A stretch of DNA of 64,000 bases from positions 25,679-89,678 of IMG/VR virus record IMGVR_UViG_2660238492_000006; one strand, given 5' to 3'. Positions within the stretch are counted from its first letter, which is position 1; every line of letters begins with the position of its first letter. A model generated the notes under the pieces. It made no database searches, was not told the origin of the DNA, and worked only from the letters and a program-made list of their open reading frames with translations. This DNA comes from a virus. Taxonomy: Duplodnaviria > Caudoviricetes. Both the position numbers and the translations under genes were made by a program. Below, piece after piece: positions 1 through 10,180 of this stretch.

Positions 1-978
1 TGCACTATCAGCATTTGGTATAGGATTCTCAGGTAATTCTCCTTCGCTTTGTACTACACCATCTGGAATATCTTCGTCTGACATTTGTTCAGGTGGAATT
101 GTTACAGATTCTTCTTCATCTCCTGTAGTAGTTTCCTTACCTTTTTCTAATGTATTAATCAGTTCATCAATTGCACTTTCTGGCTCTTCATCTTCTGCTT
201 TTGGAGTTCCTCCACTTAATATTGAAATCAACTTATCTAATTTAGCACTTACTGATGCTAAATCTCCTCCCTCATCATTTGCAGGAGTTGGATTTGCTTC
301 TGGTTCTTCATCGCACCCCTTATTCATTTCTTCTAATGTATCTGCAACCTCTTCTGGTTCTGCATCTGCTAGATAATGTTTTAATCCTATAGCTTGTAAA
401 ATACTTTTTGTTACTTTCTTCTTAGCCATCTTATTTTTTTCTCCCTTCTCTTTTTGAATTTTAGAATCTTTTATCGCAACACGGTCTCCTGCTCTTCCAG
501 CTTCAACGACTGCCACATGATTACCACATATATTAATTTGACTATATGTGCCATCTCCATTGTCTTTGTATTGGCATTCATAGCCACAACTTACTTCTCT
601 TTTTCCTTGTCCTATTTCATTAATTAAAACTGAATCATAGATCATTAAGTCACCCACAAGTAAATCAGGCTCTTTTGTATCTTGCCTAACATTCTGCGTT
701 GTGCCTTTTACAAATATATTTACATTTTGTGGTGTTAATAAATCTGGAGGATGTTCGTCCGTTGCTGGCTTGCCTTCAAATGAAGCTATAGCAGATTTAC
801 TAAATACCTCTTCTGGACTTCTATATACTTTTACAATTTCATCACCGCCTACACCAAGTTCACTTGCTAGATAGTCATACCAGCCAGTACGTGCAATAGG
901 TACATTGTGACAAATTAAAAATCCATCTGGTGTTTTAGTCATATTAGCACTAAAACGTGCTCCGTAATAAGCTTTCAA
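1..978 (-). CDS. DUF2213-family phage head maturation protease/scaffold (3' end outside the window)
   Basis: Not in the ORF track. TTG at 978 after a GGGGGTGA RBS; reads MKAYYGARFSANMTKTPDGFLICHNVPIARTGW...NHVAVVEAGRAGDRVAIKDS, followed by an acidic scaffold-like tail. Confidence 0.85.
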   Translation of the reverse strand, partial: MKAYYGARFSANMTKTPDGFLICHNVPIARTGWYDYLASELGVGGDEIVKVYRSPEEVFSKSAIASFEGKPATDEHPPDLLTPQNVNIFVKGTTQNVRQDTKEPDLLVGDLMIYDSVLINEIGQGKREVSCGYECQYKDNGDGTYSQINICGNHVAVVEAGRAGDRVAIKDSKIQKEKGEKNKMAKKKVTKSILQAIGLKHYLADAEPEEVADTLEEMNKGCDEEPEANPTPANDEGGDLASVSAKLDKLISILSGGTPKAEDEEPESAIDELINTLEKGKETTTGDEEESVTIPPEQMSDEDIPDGVVQSEGELPENPIPNADSA

Positions 979-1008
979 TCTTCTCACCCCCTTTCAAATA
1001 TCAATTTG

Positions 1009-1206
1009 TTATATACTTATTGTTATTCCGTCACTTACTTCAATTCTTTTTTTAGGCTTTTCTGTAAAACAATTGACTCCTTGCTTGGCAGTTCTTTCAA
1101 TTTTATCCTTCAGTTCAACAACTTCACTTATTGTATTAGCTTCAAATGTTTCTATTATTCTACAAGCTCCTTGAACAGTTTCCTTTGAATACTTCATATA
1201 TTTCAC
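1009..1206 (-). CDS. Hypothetical small protein
   Basis: ORF track; co-oriented within the head operon. Confidence 0.5.
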   Translation of the reverse strand: MKYMKYSKETVQGACRIIETFEANTISEVVELKDKIERTAKQGVNCFTEKPKKRIEVSDGITISI

Positions 1207-1240
1207 CCCTATTTATATATAATTAAAAGCCTTAGATTTA

Positions 1241-1720
1241 CTAAGACTTATCTTCACACTTGTTTTCTAATTCTGATACACTAATTACTGATTTTCGTTT
1301 TACATTTAAATTTCCAATTGTTATAAATTCTTTATTTGAATTTAATTTTGAATTTATTTCATCAATTGTTTCATCAGAAAAAGTATCAATGAACTCTTTA
1401 TTTTCTAAAGTAATAAAAATCTTTGTTCTTTCCCTTTTTTCATTAATATTAACTTGTATACCATCTAAAGTTCCAAAATTAAATTTTGCTAATTCTAACT
1501 TTAAAGCTTGTATATCCTTAGGATCAATTCCACTAATATTTATAACATTACTAAAATGTAATGGTGGTTTTATACTCATTAATGATTCTGCAGTACTTGT
1601 TCCTGGTCTTTTAGGTCTTTCATACTTTGGTGACTTTACATCTTTAGGAATTTCTATATTCCATTTTTTCGTTAAGTTAGCAAAATCACTATTATCTCTT
1701 TTTCTACTTTTTAAAAACAC
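1241..1720 (-). CDS. Hypothetical protein inserted in the head module
   Basis: ORF track; AGGAGG RBS. Confidence 0.6.
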   Translation of the reverse strand: MFLKSRKRDNSDFANLTKKWNIEIPKDVKSPKYERPKRPGTSTAESLMSIKPPLHFSNVINISGIDPKDIQALKLELAKFNFGTLDGIQVNINEKRERTKIFITLENKEFIDTFSDETIDEINSKLNSNKEFITIGNLNVKRKSVISVSELENKCEDKS

Positions 1721-1735
1721 TTTAAATCCTCCTAA

Positions 1736-2593
1736 TTAAACAGCTATTTCTTCAAACTGCTTTCTTGTCATATTTTTAATTTCTCCATTATAATAAACTT
1801 TGTGTGGCCATGTGATGAAATCTAAACTTACTACTGGTTCTGGATAACATCTACAGTTATAAATATTACCTGCATGATAATATCCTACAATTTTTTTACC
1901 TATAAGCCTTTCGGGGCTTGGTGGATTGTTCCAACATATCAAAACATCTTCCATATGTTCATGTGAATTTCTTACCCTTTGGTCCTCTGATGTCCTCCAA
2001 ATGTACCAATTAATTCCTAAGTTTTCACATCTAGCTTTTGTTAATGCAGTACTTGTTTTGCTAACCTCTGTTCTAGCAATAAGCTTAACTTTTTTTTCAG
2101 AAGTAATATAAAATTCATTTTGTAGATCCTTAGCTATATCTTCTGCTCTTCTTCCACTAAAACTTTCTTTTGCCACATAATCAGTAATTTCTTTTGCAAA
2201 ATCTAAAGGAATACTTTTAATTAATTCAGCATTTCTTTGTATTTGTTCATTTATAGCTCCACCTATAGGACCTTTTAATTCTTTTTTCAATGCTTCATAA
2301 ATAGATCTCCCTTTTGAATTTTCTCTTGCTGCTTCTCTCCATGTTCTTCCTGCATCACTAAATAAGCTAGTCACCATCTTTTGAGAACATCTTGAAGCAT
2401 ACTTTTTAAATTCAGTTGAATTAGCAATTTTTCTTAACTCTCTTACTATGTCAGTATGAGAATTTAATCCTAACAATGATTTATTAATTTTTTTAATTAA
2501 TTGTTTTAATGAGCGCTTATAAGTAAGCTCTATTCTTCTTCTTGGCTTCCATAAGTCTTTAATAGTATTTTTTCTTGGTATCATACTATTCAA
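1736..2593 (-). CDS. Head morphogenesis protein (Mu gpF/SPP1 gp7 family)
   Basis: LIARTE, W-x5-D-x-RVR-x-SH and YNCRC motifs; follows the portal. Confidence 0.9.
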   Translation of the reverse strand: MNSMIPRKNTIKDLWKPRRRIELTYKRSLKQLIKKINKSLLGLNSHTDIVRELRKIANSTEFKKYASRCSQKMVTSLFSDAGRTWREAARENSKGRSIYEALKKELKGPIGGAINEQIQRNAELIKSIPLDFAKEITDYVAKESFSGRRAEDIAKDLQNEFYITSEKKVKLIARTEVSKTSTALTKARCENLGINWYIWRTSEDQRVRNSHEHMEDVLICWNNPPSPERLIGKKIVGYYHAGNIYNCRCYPEPVVSLDFITWPHKVYYNGEIKNMTRKQFEEIAV

Positions 2594-4016
2594 CTACTTC
2601 CATATTATTTTCTAGGAATTCGTCTTCAGGCATATCTCCTATACTGTCTATTTCATCGTCTGCATTATTTATATCTTCATCTGTAATATTAGTAAACATT
2701 CCAGTCGTATCAGACATTTGTTTTAATTCCTTTAAGGCAATTTTCTGACTTATTAATCCAGCATTGAACACATTAATTATTGCAGTGGATTTTTTATCCA
2801 CTATATTTGATAATTCATCTTCACTTGGAGTAGCTATTGGATTATAAGTGTAATCCAAATCATCTGGTATTGCTCCAAACTCACTCATAAACATTATTGG
2901 AAGTAGCTTATCTAATACAGGATCTAACTGTGCAACTTGTTTTTGCTCTATTGTTTCATAATAATTTTTACTATCACTTTCTCCAGTAGCATTAAATCCA
3001 GCTGGTGAACGTCCAAATAATTTAGTTACTGGTATTTCAGCAGCACCACTTACATCTAGCATAAAACTTTCATATATTTCATTTAATCCTGAAAAACTAT
3101 ACTGATGTGTTTGAAAATCATCATCTTTATTTAATATATACATTCCCATGTTAGACATAAGCCAATTTTGGGCTTGTACAGTATTATATAAATCCTTTTG
3201 TGATTGTTCATCTCCAATTGCTAATGTTTCTCCTAGGTCTGACATCTTTAAAACTCTTAAGTTAGCTAAGAAAATAAGTTGTGCTATATTGTAACTTGTA
3301 TTATCTCTCTTCTTTAGTTCATCAAAAATAATTTCAATTTCACTAGCTCCCCACCCTATTTCTGCACATTTTTCAATATAAGGAAGTTCTCTACCTGTAA
3401 ATCTTAATATTCTACTATGGTGTACCTTAATAGTAAAAGTATCAGTATTCCAAATATAATGTTCTGGTAATCCAAAATCAGGACTAGAAACATCTTCTAT
3501 TAAATTTTCTCCTGGAGTTATACCAGACCACCTATCTCCAATAATAAGTCCTTTAAAACTTTGTGGCATTATCATGTCATAATCCAAATGTTGATCTAAA
3601 ATATCCTCATGTCCATCAATTATAACTACTGCTGCAGCGCCTCCATAAAGTCTGCCCCACTTTAATCCTTCAAGTATATCTCTTTGAATTCTTGTAGTTC
3701 TTTGTAGTTTATCAAATCTTTTTAACTGTTCAGGTTCTAATTGTGTGGTTATATTAATCCAATTTTTAACCATATCTTCTGGAATTGTATCTATTATTTT
3801 TCTCACAATCCAATGCGATCTATATAAACTATTCATTAATTGAAAGTTTTGAGTAAGTCTTGTAATTGGATAATCTGTACCTTCTAATAGATTAGGAGTT
3901 CCAACTCCTAATCTTGCTAATACATTTTGAAATGCATCTAATGTTGCTCTTGGCTTATTTTTTATATTTGAATTTGAATCCTTAGTTACTTTTTTATACC
4001 TTTTACTTTTTTTCAC
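2586..4016 (-). CDS. Phage portal protein (DUF1073-type)
   Basis: LYRSHW...IPEDM, WGRLYGG and IPVTKLFGRSPAGFNATGESD motifs; lies after terL. Confidence 0.9.
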   Translation of the reverse strand: MKKSKRYKKVTKDSNSNIKNKPRATLDAFQNVLARLGVGTPNLLEGTDYPITRLTQNFQLMNSLYRSHWIVRKIIDTIPEDMVKNWINITTQLEPEQLKRFDKLQRTTRIQRDILEGLKWGRLYGGAAAVVIIDGHEDILDQHLDYDMIMPQSFKGLIIGDRWSGITPGENLIEDVSSPDFGLPEHYIWNTDTFTIKVHHSRILRFTGRELPYIEKCAEIGWGASEIEIIFDELKKRDNTSYNIAQLIFLANLRVLKMSDLGETLAIGDEQSQKDLYNTVQAQNWLMSNMGMYILNKDDDFQTHQYSFSGLNEIYESFMLDVSGAAEIPVTKLFGRSPAGFNATGESDSKNYYETIEQKQVAQLDPVLDKLLPIMFMSEFGAIPDDLDYTYNPIATPSEDELSNIVDKKSTAIINVFNAGLISQKIALKELKQMSDTTGMFTNITDEDINNADDEIDSIGDMPEDEFLENNMEVVE

Positions 4017-4037
4017 TTTGTCCCTCCTTTCTTTTTA

Positions 4038-5354
4038 CTATCTTGATAATCTTCTAGGTTTAACAATTGTTTTCACATAATACCTAAGTGCATCAGCTCC
4101 ATGATCATTTTCCTTAATTGGCTTTTCATCTCCATGTTCAGCTGCTTTTTTATCCCAAACATAACTTAATATATCTCCTATAGTTCTTTTGCATTTATCC
4201 TTTACCATTTTAATTTTTTCTTGGCCAATAAATGTAGATGTCATTCTTATTCCATCTAGCACCTCATTATCTGCATCTTTAATTCTATATCCTCTACTTC
4301 TCATTTCAGCTTTAAATGATGCAGCACTTGGATCTAAAATTATTGCTACTGGTGGTGGTCCATCATTTATAAAATCAACTAAATCATCAGCATACTGTTT
4401 GTCTGTTTTTTGTACCATTTTAACTTTACTATCATAATAATATTCTCTTGGTATCCATGCTGTATCACCATCATCATAAATATCTAAGAATACTGTTGCA
4501 TTAGTAGTACCATAGTCTATAGCAATATATCTTCTTGAAATTTGTTTTAATCCTGGTGGCAAATCTTCTTCTTTAATCTCATTTTCTTCTGACCACATGT
4601 CAAAAATAGCACCTTCGGCCATAGCCCAAAGTCCTTGAATATAACGCTTAAAGAATACCCCTATATATCTATTTCTATAACGTTGTTTAATCTTTTCTGA
4701 TAAAGACAAATTATCATCCATAGTAAAGTGTAAATATAATAAATTCTTTTTCTTGGCTGTTAATATCCAATTTTGATTAAACCAATGCATTGGACCATCA
4801 GGATTACAATTAAACCAATATTTAGAACCTTCAACAGAGCAACGTCCTGTACCTTGGTTTACAAAGCTTTCAGGCATTAATGCTACTTCATCACATAATA
4901 TTCCTGCTAGGGTTATACCTTGAATTAAGTCTTGACTTGATTCATCTCTTCCACCAAATATATAAAAGTAATTTACTTTACCATTTTTCTTTATCTCAAT
5001 ATAATTATCAGTTTTATGATCTTTATACCTATATCCTCTACTTAAAAGCATTATCTTTAGCCCAAACCATACATTTCTTCTAAAACTCCCAACAGTTTTA
5101 CCACACATTCCAAAGTTTTGACCTGAGAACTTTTCCATAGCCCACATAACAAAAGATAATGACATAGATACTGTTTTCCCACTTCTTATTGCTCCGTCAG
5201 CTATTATTCCATCTGCATCATTAACTGGACTTTCATCAGTCCACCAATTAAATACTTTTCTTTGCTTTTTAGAAAAGGGTTTGAATTTAAAGACTATACT
5301 TGATTTTTTACTTTTACTCCTCTTCATCAGACCAATCTTCTTTTGCTGTTCCAT
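4038..5354 (-). CDS. terL: Terminase large subunit, PBSX family
   Basis: Walker A GAIRSGKT, Walker B ILCDE, nuclease motifs DYG and DHGADALRY. Confidence 0.95.
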   Translation of the reverse strand: MEQQKKIGLMKRSKSKKSSIVFKFKPFSKKQRKVFNWWTDESPVNDADGIIADGAIRSGKTVSMSLSFVMWAMEKFSGQNFGMCGKTVGSFRRNVWFGLKIMLLSRGYRYKDHKTDNYIEIKKNGKVNYFYIFGGRDESSQDLIQGITLAGILCDEVALMPESFVNQGTGRCSVEGSKYWFNCNPDGPMHWFNQNWILTAKKKNLLYLHFTMDDNLSLSEKIKQRYRNRYIGVFFKRYIQGLWAMAEGAIFDMWSEENEIKEEDLPPGLKQISRRYIAIDYGTTNATVFLDIYDDGDTAWIPREYYYDSKVKMVQKTDKQYADDLVDFINDGPPPVAIILDPSAASFKAEMRSRGYRIKDADNEVLDGIRMTSTFIGQEKIKMVKDKCKRTIGDILSYVWDKKAAEHGDEKPIKENDHGADALRYYVKTIVKPRRLSR

Positions 5355-6003
5355 TCAATGCTTCTATGAATCCATCATCTTCAGTTTCTTCATCTTCATT
5401 TTCTCCTGTTATTTCTGCTACTTCTGCTTTTAATTTAGCTACTCTAATTTTTTGTTCATCACTTGCCAACTCCCAATTTTTATGAAGTAACTCTTCATAT
5501 TTACTTATTAAATTTTGCAATGTTGATATAGCTTTACTTTGAGTATTTAAAAAAGTAGCTTGTCTATCCCAAGCAAATTGAAATTCATAAGAGAACTCTT
5601 CTTCTGTTTCATCTGTTGAGGTTTTTTCTGTAGATCTAGTTTTAGATTTAATTTTAGATTTTTTAATTTCTTTTATCATTTCTGATTTACTCTTAACATG
5701 CATTATTTTTTGACTTCGAATTATCGCTGCAAATTGTAATTGAATATTAGTCCATAAAATATCTAATGTACTTATTCCACATTCTACAGTTTCCTTAATT
5801 ATATTTTTAGTTGCTGTTGGAATATATTTTTTTAAAAAATCTTTTTCTAAATGCTTAGCTGCATCAAAATATTCTCCGTGTTTTAGGCTATTAAGATTTC
5901 CAACTGGTGCTCCACCTTTATTCCCCACAGCATTCTTATTTCCAGCTGGTGCTCCGCCCTTATTACCTTTAGCGTTCTTATTGCCCTTTGGTGCTCCTGC
6001 CAT
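5314..6003 (-). CDS. terS: Terminase small subunit
   Basis: GAPxGNxNA repeats plus LKHG; start moved to ATG 6003 after an AGGAG RBS. Confidence 0.9.
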   Translation of the reverse strand: MAGAPKGNKNAKGNKGGAPAGNKNAVGNKGGAPVGNLNSLKHGEYFDAAKHLEKDFLKKYIPTATKNIIKETVECGISTLDILWTNIQLQFAAIIRSQKIMHVKSKSEMIKEIKKSKIKSKTRSTEKTSTDETEEEFSYEFQFAWDRQATFLNTQSKAISTLQNLISKYEELLHKNWELASDEQKIRVAKLKAEVAEITGENEDEETEDDGFIEALNGTAKEDWSDEEE

Positions 6004-6075
6004 TCCCCCATCTCCTTTCATAAAAATATAGCAAATAAAAAACAGCATTCATTTTTGAATACTGTCTTTGATTTA

Positions 6076-6777
6076 CTATATACTCTGATTTTTTGTTTCA
6101 TTAATTATTTCTTTTTTATATTTATAATAAGTGTTTCTTGCAAGGCCTATTAACTTCATTGCTTCAACATCTTTAAGAGTACCTCCAAAATCTTTACTGT
6201 ATTTTTTTATTTGTTCCTTTGCTGAAATACTCTTTTTAGTAGTTAATTTAATACCCACTTGCTGCCCTATTTGTTTTCCATTAAGTCTTGCTGTTTCTAT
6301 TCCTTCTTTTGTTCTTTGCTGTAAGTCCTTAACTTCCTTTTCAGATTGATTAAAAGCTATCTTTATTTGCTCTTTTGCTAGTGCTAATAAAAAATTATTA
6401 ATGCCTTCAATAATAAAGTCAACGTTCGTTCCTGTCATTTCAAAATTATTTGTAAGTGCTTTCTTATATGTCTCTGTATTTATATGTTGCTCTTTTATGA
6501 ATACCAACTCAACACCTTTATTAAATAATTCCTCATATAGTTTAAATCCCTCCTCTGCATTTCTACTCATTCTACTTACAGAATCAAATACAATAGTATC
6601 ACCTTTAGAAATATTACCTAATAACTTTTTAAACTCTTTACGACCTTGAACTTTAGTTCCAGTAAATATTTCATTAATTATTATTGCACTTGGATATAAT
6701 GCACTAATATTTCTATGTTGTCTTTCAATACTTTGTTTATTAGTTGATATTCTACAGTAACCATATATTTTATTCAT
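6076..6777 (-). CDS. Serine recombinase (resolvase/invertase family)
   Basis: YGYCRIST, SVSRMSR, C-terminal HTH with RNTYYKY. Confidence 0.95.
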   Translation of the reverse strand: MNKIYGYCRISTNKQSIERQHRNISALYPSAIIINEIFTGTKVQGRKEFKKLLGNISKGDTIVFDSVSRMSRNAEEGFKLYEELFNKGVELVFIKEQHINTETYKKALTNNFEMTGTNVDFIIEGINNFLLALAKEQIKIAFNQSEKEVKDLQQRTKEGIETARLNGKQIGQQVGIKLTTKKSISAKEQIKKYSKDFGGTLKDVEAMKLIGLARNTYYKYKKEIINETKNQSI

Positions 6778-6794
6778 ACTCTACACCTCATATA

Positions 6795-6905
6795 TTAATA
6801 GTATTAAATTTAACGACCGTTTTATTTGATACTACTAATATATAAGATTTTTAATCTAATGTCAATGACTTTTAATACTTTTCTAAATAACGTCACTTTT
6901 AATAC
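6795..6905. promoter_or_regulatory. Candidate res subsites upstream of the resolvase
   Basis: Imperfect inverted repeats gtattaaat..aacgaccgtt..atttgatac and aaataacgtcacttttaatac directly upstream of the gene. Confidence 0.45.
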
Positions 6906-7164
6906 TAAATATTTATACACACATATATATTTAATTGAGTTGAGTTGTTCTTGAGTTGTTTTTATGCCTAAAATAATTTTAAAAAACTACTCAAATCTAT
7001 TAATGAAGCTAAACCTATTGATTTTACTAGCTTTGAATGTATTTTCCCATTTTTCTTACAATAAGTAATAACATGGAGAATTACTGATACTATTTTTAAG
7101 ATACATATAATAGTAAGAATTTTTTATTTATATACTAAATAAGTACCATTTTATTTTTTACCGA

Positions 7165-7821
7165 TTATAAATCTTTATCAGCTATTTTACCAGCATCCTC
7201 TAACATAATATCTTTAAGTCCCAAATAACGTTTTGTTTCTTCTATAGATTGGTGATTTAAAGCAACTCTAACTTTTTCTATATTATGATTAGAGTTCTCA
7301 TAAATTGTAGTAGCATAAGTCTTTCTAGGACTATGCCCACTTATATGTTTTAATCCAATCTTTTCACCAACATCTTTTAATATAGCACTATATGATTTTT
7401 GACTTATATATTCATCTCCCTCACCTTTATTAGATGGAAATGCAAATTCTTTTCTTTTTTTATTTTTAATATATTCTTCTAAATATTTTTTTAATGAAGA
7501 ACCTATAATAGCTTTTCTTTTATCAGGCTTCTTTCTGTTAGGATGTTCTGCTAAACTACTTTGCCATTGTTTAAATTGCTTACTCTCCTGGATTAGAAAA
7601 AATCCTTCACTTAGTGCATCATCAATTTCTCCAATTGTAAGTCCAACAAGATCACCTAATCTATATCCTGTAGCCCTAGCTAATAAAAATAATGTTATAT
7701 TTCTGTCAGCATACTTTTTACTATGCTCTATTAATGATTCTTTAAATCTCTTATATTTATTATCTGGTATAGGTAAGGCAGTTCCTTTTTCCCAGTTCCT
7801 TTTCTTATCTTCATCCACCAT
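7165..7821 (-). CDS. Small (catalytic-domain only) tyrosine recombinase
   Basis: R in TGYRLGDL, HSPRKT, LNH and TKRYLG catalytic motifs; 218 aa. Confidence 0.92.
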   Translation of the reverse strand: MVDEDKKRNWEKGTALPIPDNKYKRFKESLIEHSKKYADRNITLFLLARATGYRLGDLVGLTIGEIDDALSEGFFLIQESKQFKQWQSSLAEHPNRKKPDKRKAIIGSSLKKYLEEYIKNKKRKEFAFPSNKGEGDEYISQKSYSAILKDVGEKIGLKHISGHSPRKTYATTIYENSNHNIEKVRVALNHQSIEETKRYLGLKDIMLEDAGKIADKDL

Positions 7822-8042
7822 TAATTCACCTGCCTTATATATCCATTCATTCTTTTGTAATAATTACTTTTCATACAATCCTTAGCATTATTAGTTGAAA
7901 ATTCTTTCTTAAATGACTTACAACCACAATGAGCACATGATAAGTATTTTCTATTTTTTATAGTATCTTCAACTTCTTCTTTCAAAAGAATAGTAGTTTT
8001 TTTACATCTTTTACATATTAAAATAATATAAATACTTTCCAT
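7821..8042 (-). CDS. Zn-ribbon protein
   Basis: Two CxxC motifs. Confidence 0.7.
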   Translation of the reverse strand: MESIYIILICKRCKKTTILLKEEVEDTIKNRKYLSCAHCGCKSFKKEFSTNNAKDCMKSNYYKRMNGYIRQVN

Positions 8043-8093
8043 CTACTCACCTTCTTCCCATAAAAATAACCAGTAAAACTACTGGTTTAAAAT

Positions 8094-8501
8094 TTACATT
8101 ATAACAACATCATTTTCTTTTCTATAATCACTTTTAAGTATATTTTTATTGATTTTATCTGCTGCATACTCATTTGTTAATCTTCTAGGTGTATCAAAAC
8201 TTACTGTAACATCTTTGTTAAGAACTATATTGCCGTTCTTTTTATTAGTTTTATATATGGATCTATTTCTTTTAACAAAATCTTTATCACTCATATAATT
8301 TTTAGATTCTTGCCTTGTTATTCTATCAACTTCTTTTTTCCTTATTTTTTCAGCTTCATTGGATTTTCTAAATTCTTTTAGATTTCTATGTATGCATTGT
8401 CTTACTGTACTAGGCTTACATTTTAATGTTCTTGCTATTTGAGAAGAATTATAACCTTCAAGATACTTTTCTTTTACTTTTTCTATATCTAACATATACA
8501 T
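8094..8501 (-). CDS. HTH DNA-binding protein
   Basis: GYNSSQIARTLKCKPSTVRQCI. Confidence 0.75.
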   Translation of the reverse strand: MYMLDIEKVKEKYLEGYNSSQIARTLKCKPSTVRQCIHRNLKEFRKSNEAEKIRKKEVDRITRQESKNYMSDKDFVKRNRSIYKTNKKNGNIVLNKDVTVSFDTPRRLTNEYAADKINKNILKSDYRKENDVVIM

Positions 8502-8539
8502 ACCTCCTAAAAATGGATATAGTTATTCCATACCAAAAG

Positions 8540-8678
8540 TGTGACATTTTTTTATTTTAAATAAGACATTTGTTGCAAATTTTTATCTTATTACTTATTT
8601 ATATTAATTATAAAAAAAATATCGTGCTTGTACCACGACACAAACACGACATTTTTATGACATTTTCACGACATTTTT
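8540..8678. repeat. Cluster of (C/T)GACATTT-like direct repeats upstream of the late genes
   Basis: GACATTT occurs five times (about 8544, 8565, 8648, 8660, 8670); candidate binding sites for the adjacent HTH regulator. Confidence 0.45.
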
Positions 8679-8875
8679 AAATTTTTTTCTATTCTTTGCA
8701 GATGTCTTGGACTTATTCCAGCTATATTAGCTGCTCTTTCTTGTGTATAACCTTTAATTAATCTCAAATACTTTACCTTATCAATATTTCTATTCAACTT
8801 ATCAACATATCTTTTATCTTCTTCTTCATCTGCAATAGAAACATCAATATCTTCCAATATTACTGTTTTAGTCAT
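8666..8875 (-). CDS. HTH (sigma70 region-4/XRE-like) late regulator
   Basis: GYTQERAANIAGISPRHLQRIE. Confidence 0.75.
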   Translation of the reverse strand: MTKTVILEDIDVSIADEEEDKRYVDKLNRNIDKVKYLRLIKGYTQERAANIAGISPRHLQRIEKNLKMS

Positions 8876-8951
8876 TTATTATCCTCCTCTTTATTCTTTA
8901 ACATCTATTTCAGTTTTATAAGGTTTTAGGATATTCCTAATTATTTAAAAA

Positions 8952-9108
8952 ATTGGATTGTGGCCACAAATCCAATGCTTGCTATTCTTATAATTCAGCA
9001 GGATTCTTAAGGACTTTATTCCTTGAGCAAGTATGGATTTAATTTTAAATCCAATGCTTGCTATACTTGCTATACTTGCTATACTTGCTATACTTGCTAT
9101 ACTTGATA
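8952..9108. repeat. Composite repeat: 5 x CTTGCTATA, an 18-bp direct repeat and hairpins
   Basis: Tandem 9-mer at 9057-9101; AAATCCAATGCTTGCTAT at 8968-8985 and 9047-9064; imperfect inverted copy at 9026-9040. Confidence 0.9.
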
Positions 9109-9180
9109 AAATTATTAGTAAATACAAAAATACTTGATGCAATATTCCTGATTTACTAGTATGACGAAGTAACCTTAAAT

Positions 9181-9216
9181 AAAAAATACTGCACTATCAA
9201 TTGAATAGTGCAGTAT
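9181..9216 (-). terminator. Intrinsic terminator
   Basis: 12-bp stem atactgcactat/atagtgcagtat with a U-run on the minus strand. Confidence 0.85.
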
Positions 9217-9246
9217 AAAACTTATTAAAATCTATTTTCTAAAAAC

Positions 9247-9816
9247 TTATGAATTAATAAAACCATCTATAAATTCATTCCAAGGTAATAATGGATATTC
9301 TCTCATTAGCAATGCTATCACTTCGATATTAGCTTTGCATTTACCACTTTTCATGTCTGAAATTATTTGTCTACTCTTATTGATTTTCCTTGCAATTTCG
9401 GACTGATTGTCTTTTATAAGCATAAGTATATCATTGAATGTAAAAGGTTCATTTTCGTATAAGTTTAAAATCTTATTAATAATTCTTGCGGGTACATTAG
9501 CTTGATAGTAATCTAATACTTCATCAAATAAACTCAATATATTTTTGTATTCTTCTTCAGTAACTTTTCTTGTAACTGTTATGCTGCATACGTCCATATA
9601 TTGTTTTCTACCAACACTAGGAAAATATATCCCTATATCTGTTCTATCAAATTCAAAAGTATTACATTTAATATTTTTTCTTTCTAAAAATTCAACTAAA
9701 TCCTTTCTATTAAAATAAGTTTCAACAAGATCTTGACTTGGTACTCCCACTATAGTAAAACTAGTAATCTTACCTTCTTCAATTAATTTAAACAACATTT
9801 TCTTTTTTAATAACAT
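9247..9816 (-). CDS. Accessory protein with C-terminal XRE-like HTH
   Basis: NQSEIARKINKSRQIISDMKSGK. Confidence 0.75.
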   Translation of the reverse strand: MLLKKKMLFKLIEEGKITSFTIVGVPSQDLVETYFNRKDLVEFLERKNIKCNTFEFDRTDIGIYFPSVGRKQYMDVCSITVTRKVTEEEYKNILSLFDEVLDYYQANVPARIINKILNLYENEPFTFNDILMLIKDNQSEIARKINKSRQIISDMKSGKCKANIEVIALLMREYPLLPWNEFIDGFINS

Positions 9817-9913
9817 TTTAAAAACAACTCCTTTATGATATAATTTATTTGAATAATTTATAAAATATTTTGTTTTAGGAGAGTATAGAGTGCTTATCTA
9901 TACTCTCTATTTA

Positions 9914-10147
9914 TTAATTAAGCTTTAATATTGCTGTATCAAGACCACCTCTTGCACCTCTTATTAATGTTGCGTTTGTATGCAATTCTTTAACTGATTC
10001 TATGAAATTTTCAATGGTTCTATTAGTTACTCTTCTTGGAGAATTAGCAAAGCTTCTATATGTTGCTCCTAAACTTTTAACTTCGCCTTCTTTTAATAAA
10101 ATTTCATAAACAGCTTTTTGATTTGAACCTTTAATCATTTTTACCAC
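9914..10147 (-). CDS. Small accessory protein of unknown function
   Basis: ORF track; AAGGAG RBS; first gene after its own promoter. Confidence 0.7.
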   Translation of the reverse strand: MVKMIKGSNQKAVYEILLKEGEVKSLGATYRSFANSPRRVTNRTIENFIESVKELHTNATLIRGARGGLDTAILKLN

Positions 10148-10180
10148 TCCTTAATTTGTTTTAATTTATCTTATAAATAT

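Noticed and set aside
2586-4016. Anti-CBASS Acb1 label often attached to this family
   Set aside because: Motifs and position between terL and the F-like head protein indicate a DUF1073 portal
9057-9108. CRISPR array, or the 65-aa ORF 8945..9142 with SIA repeats
   Set aside because: The 9-bp units are contiguous with no spacers; the ORF lacks an RBS and is explained by the in-frame repeat
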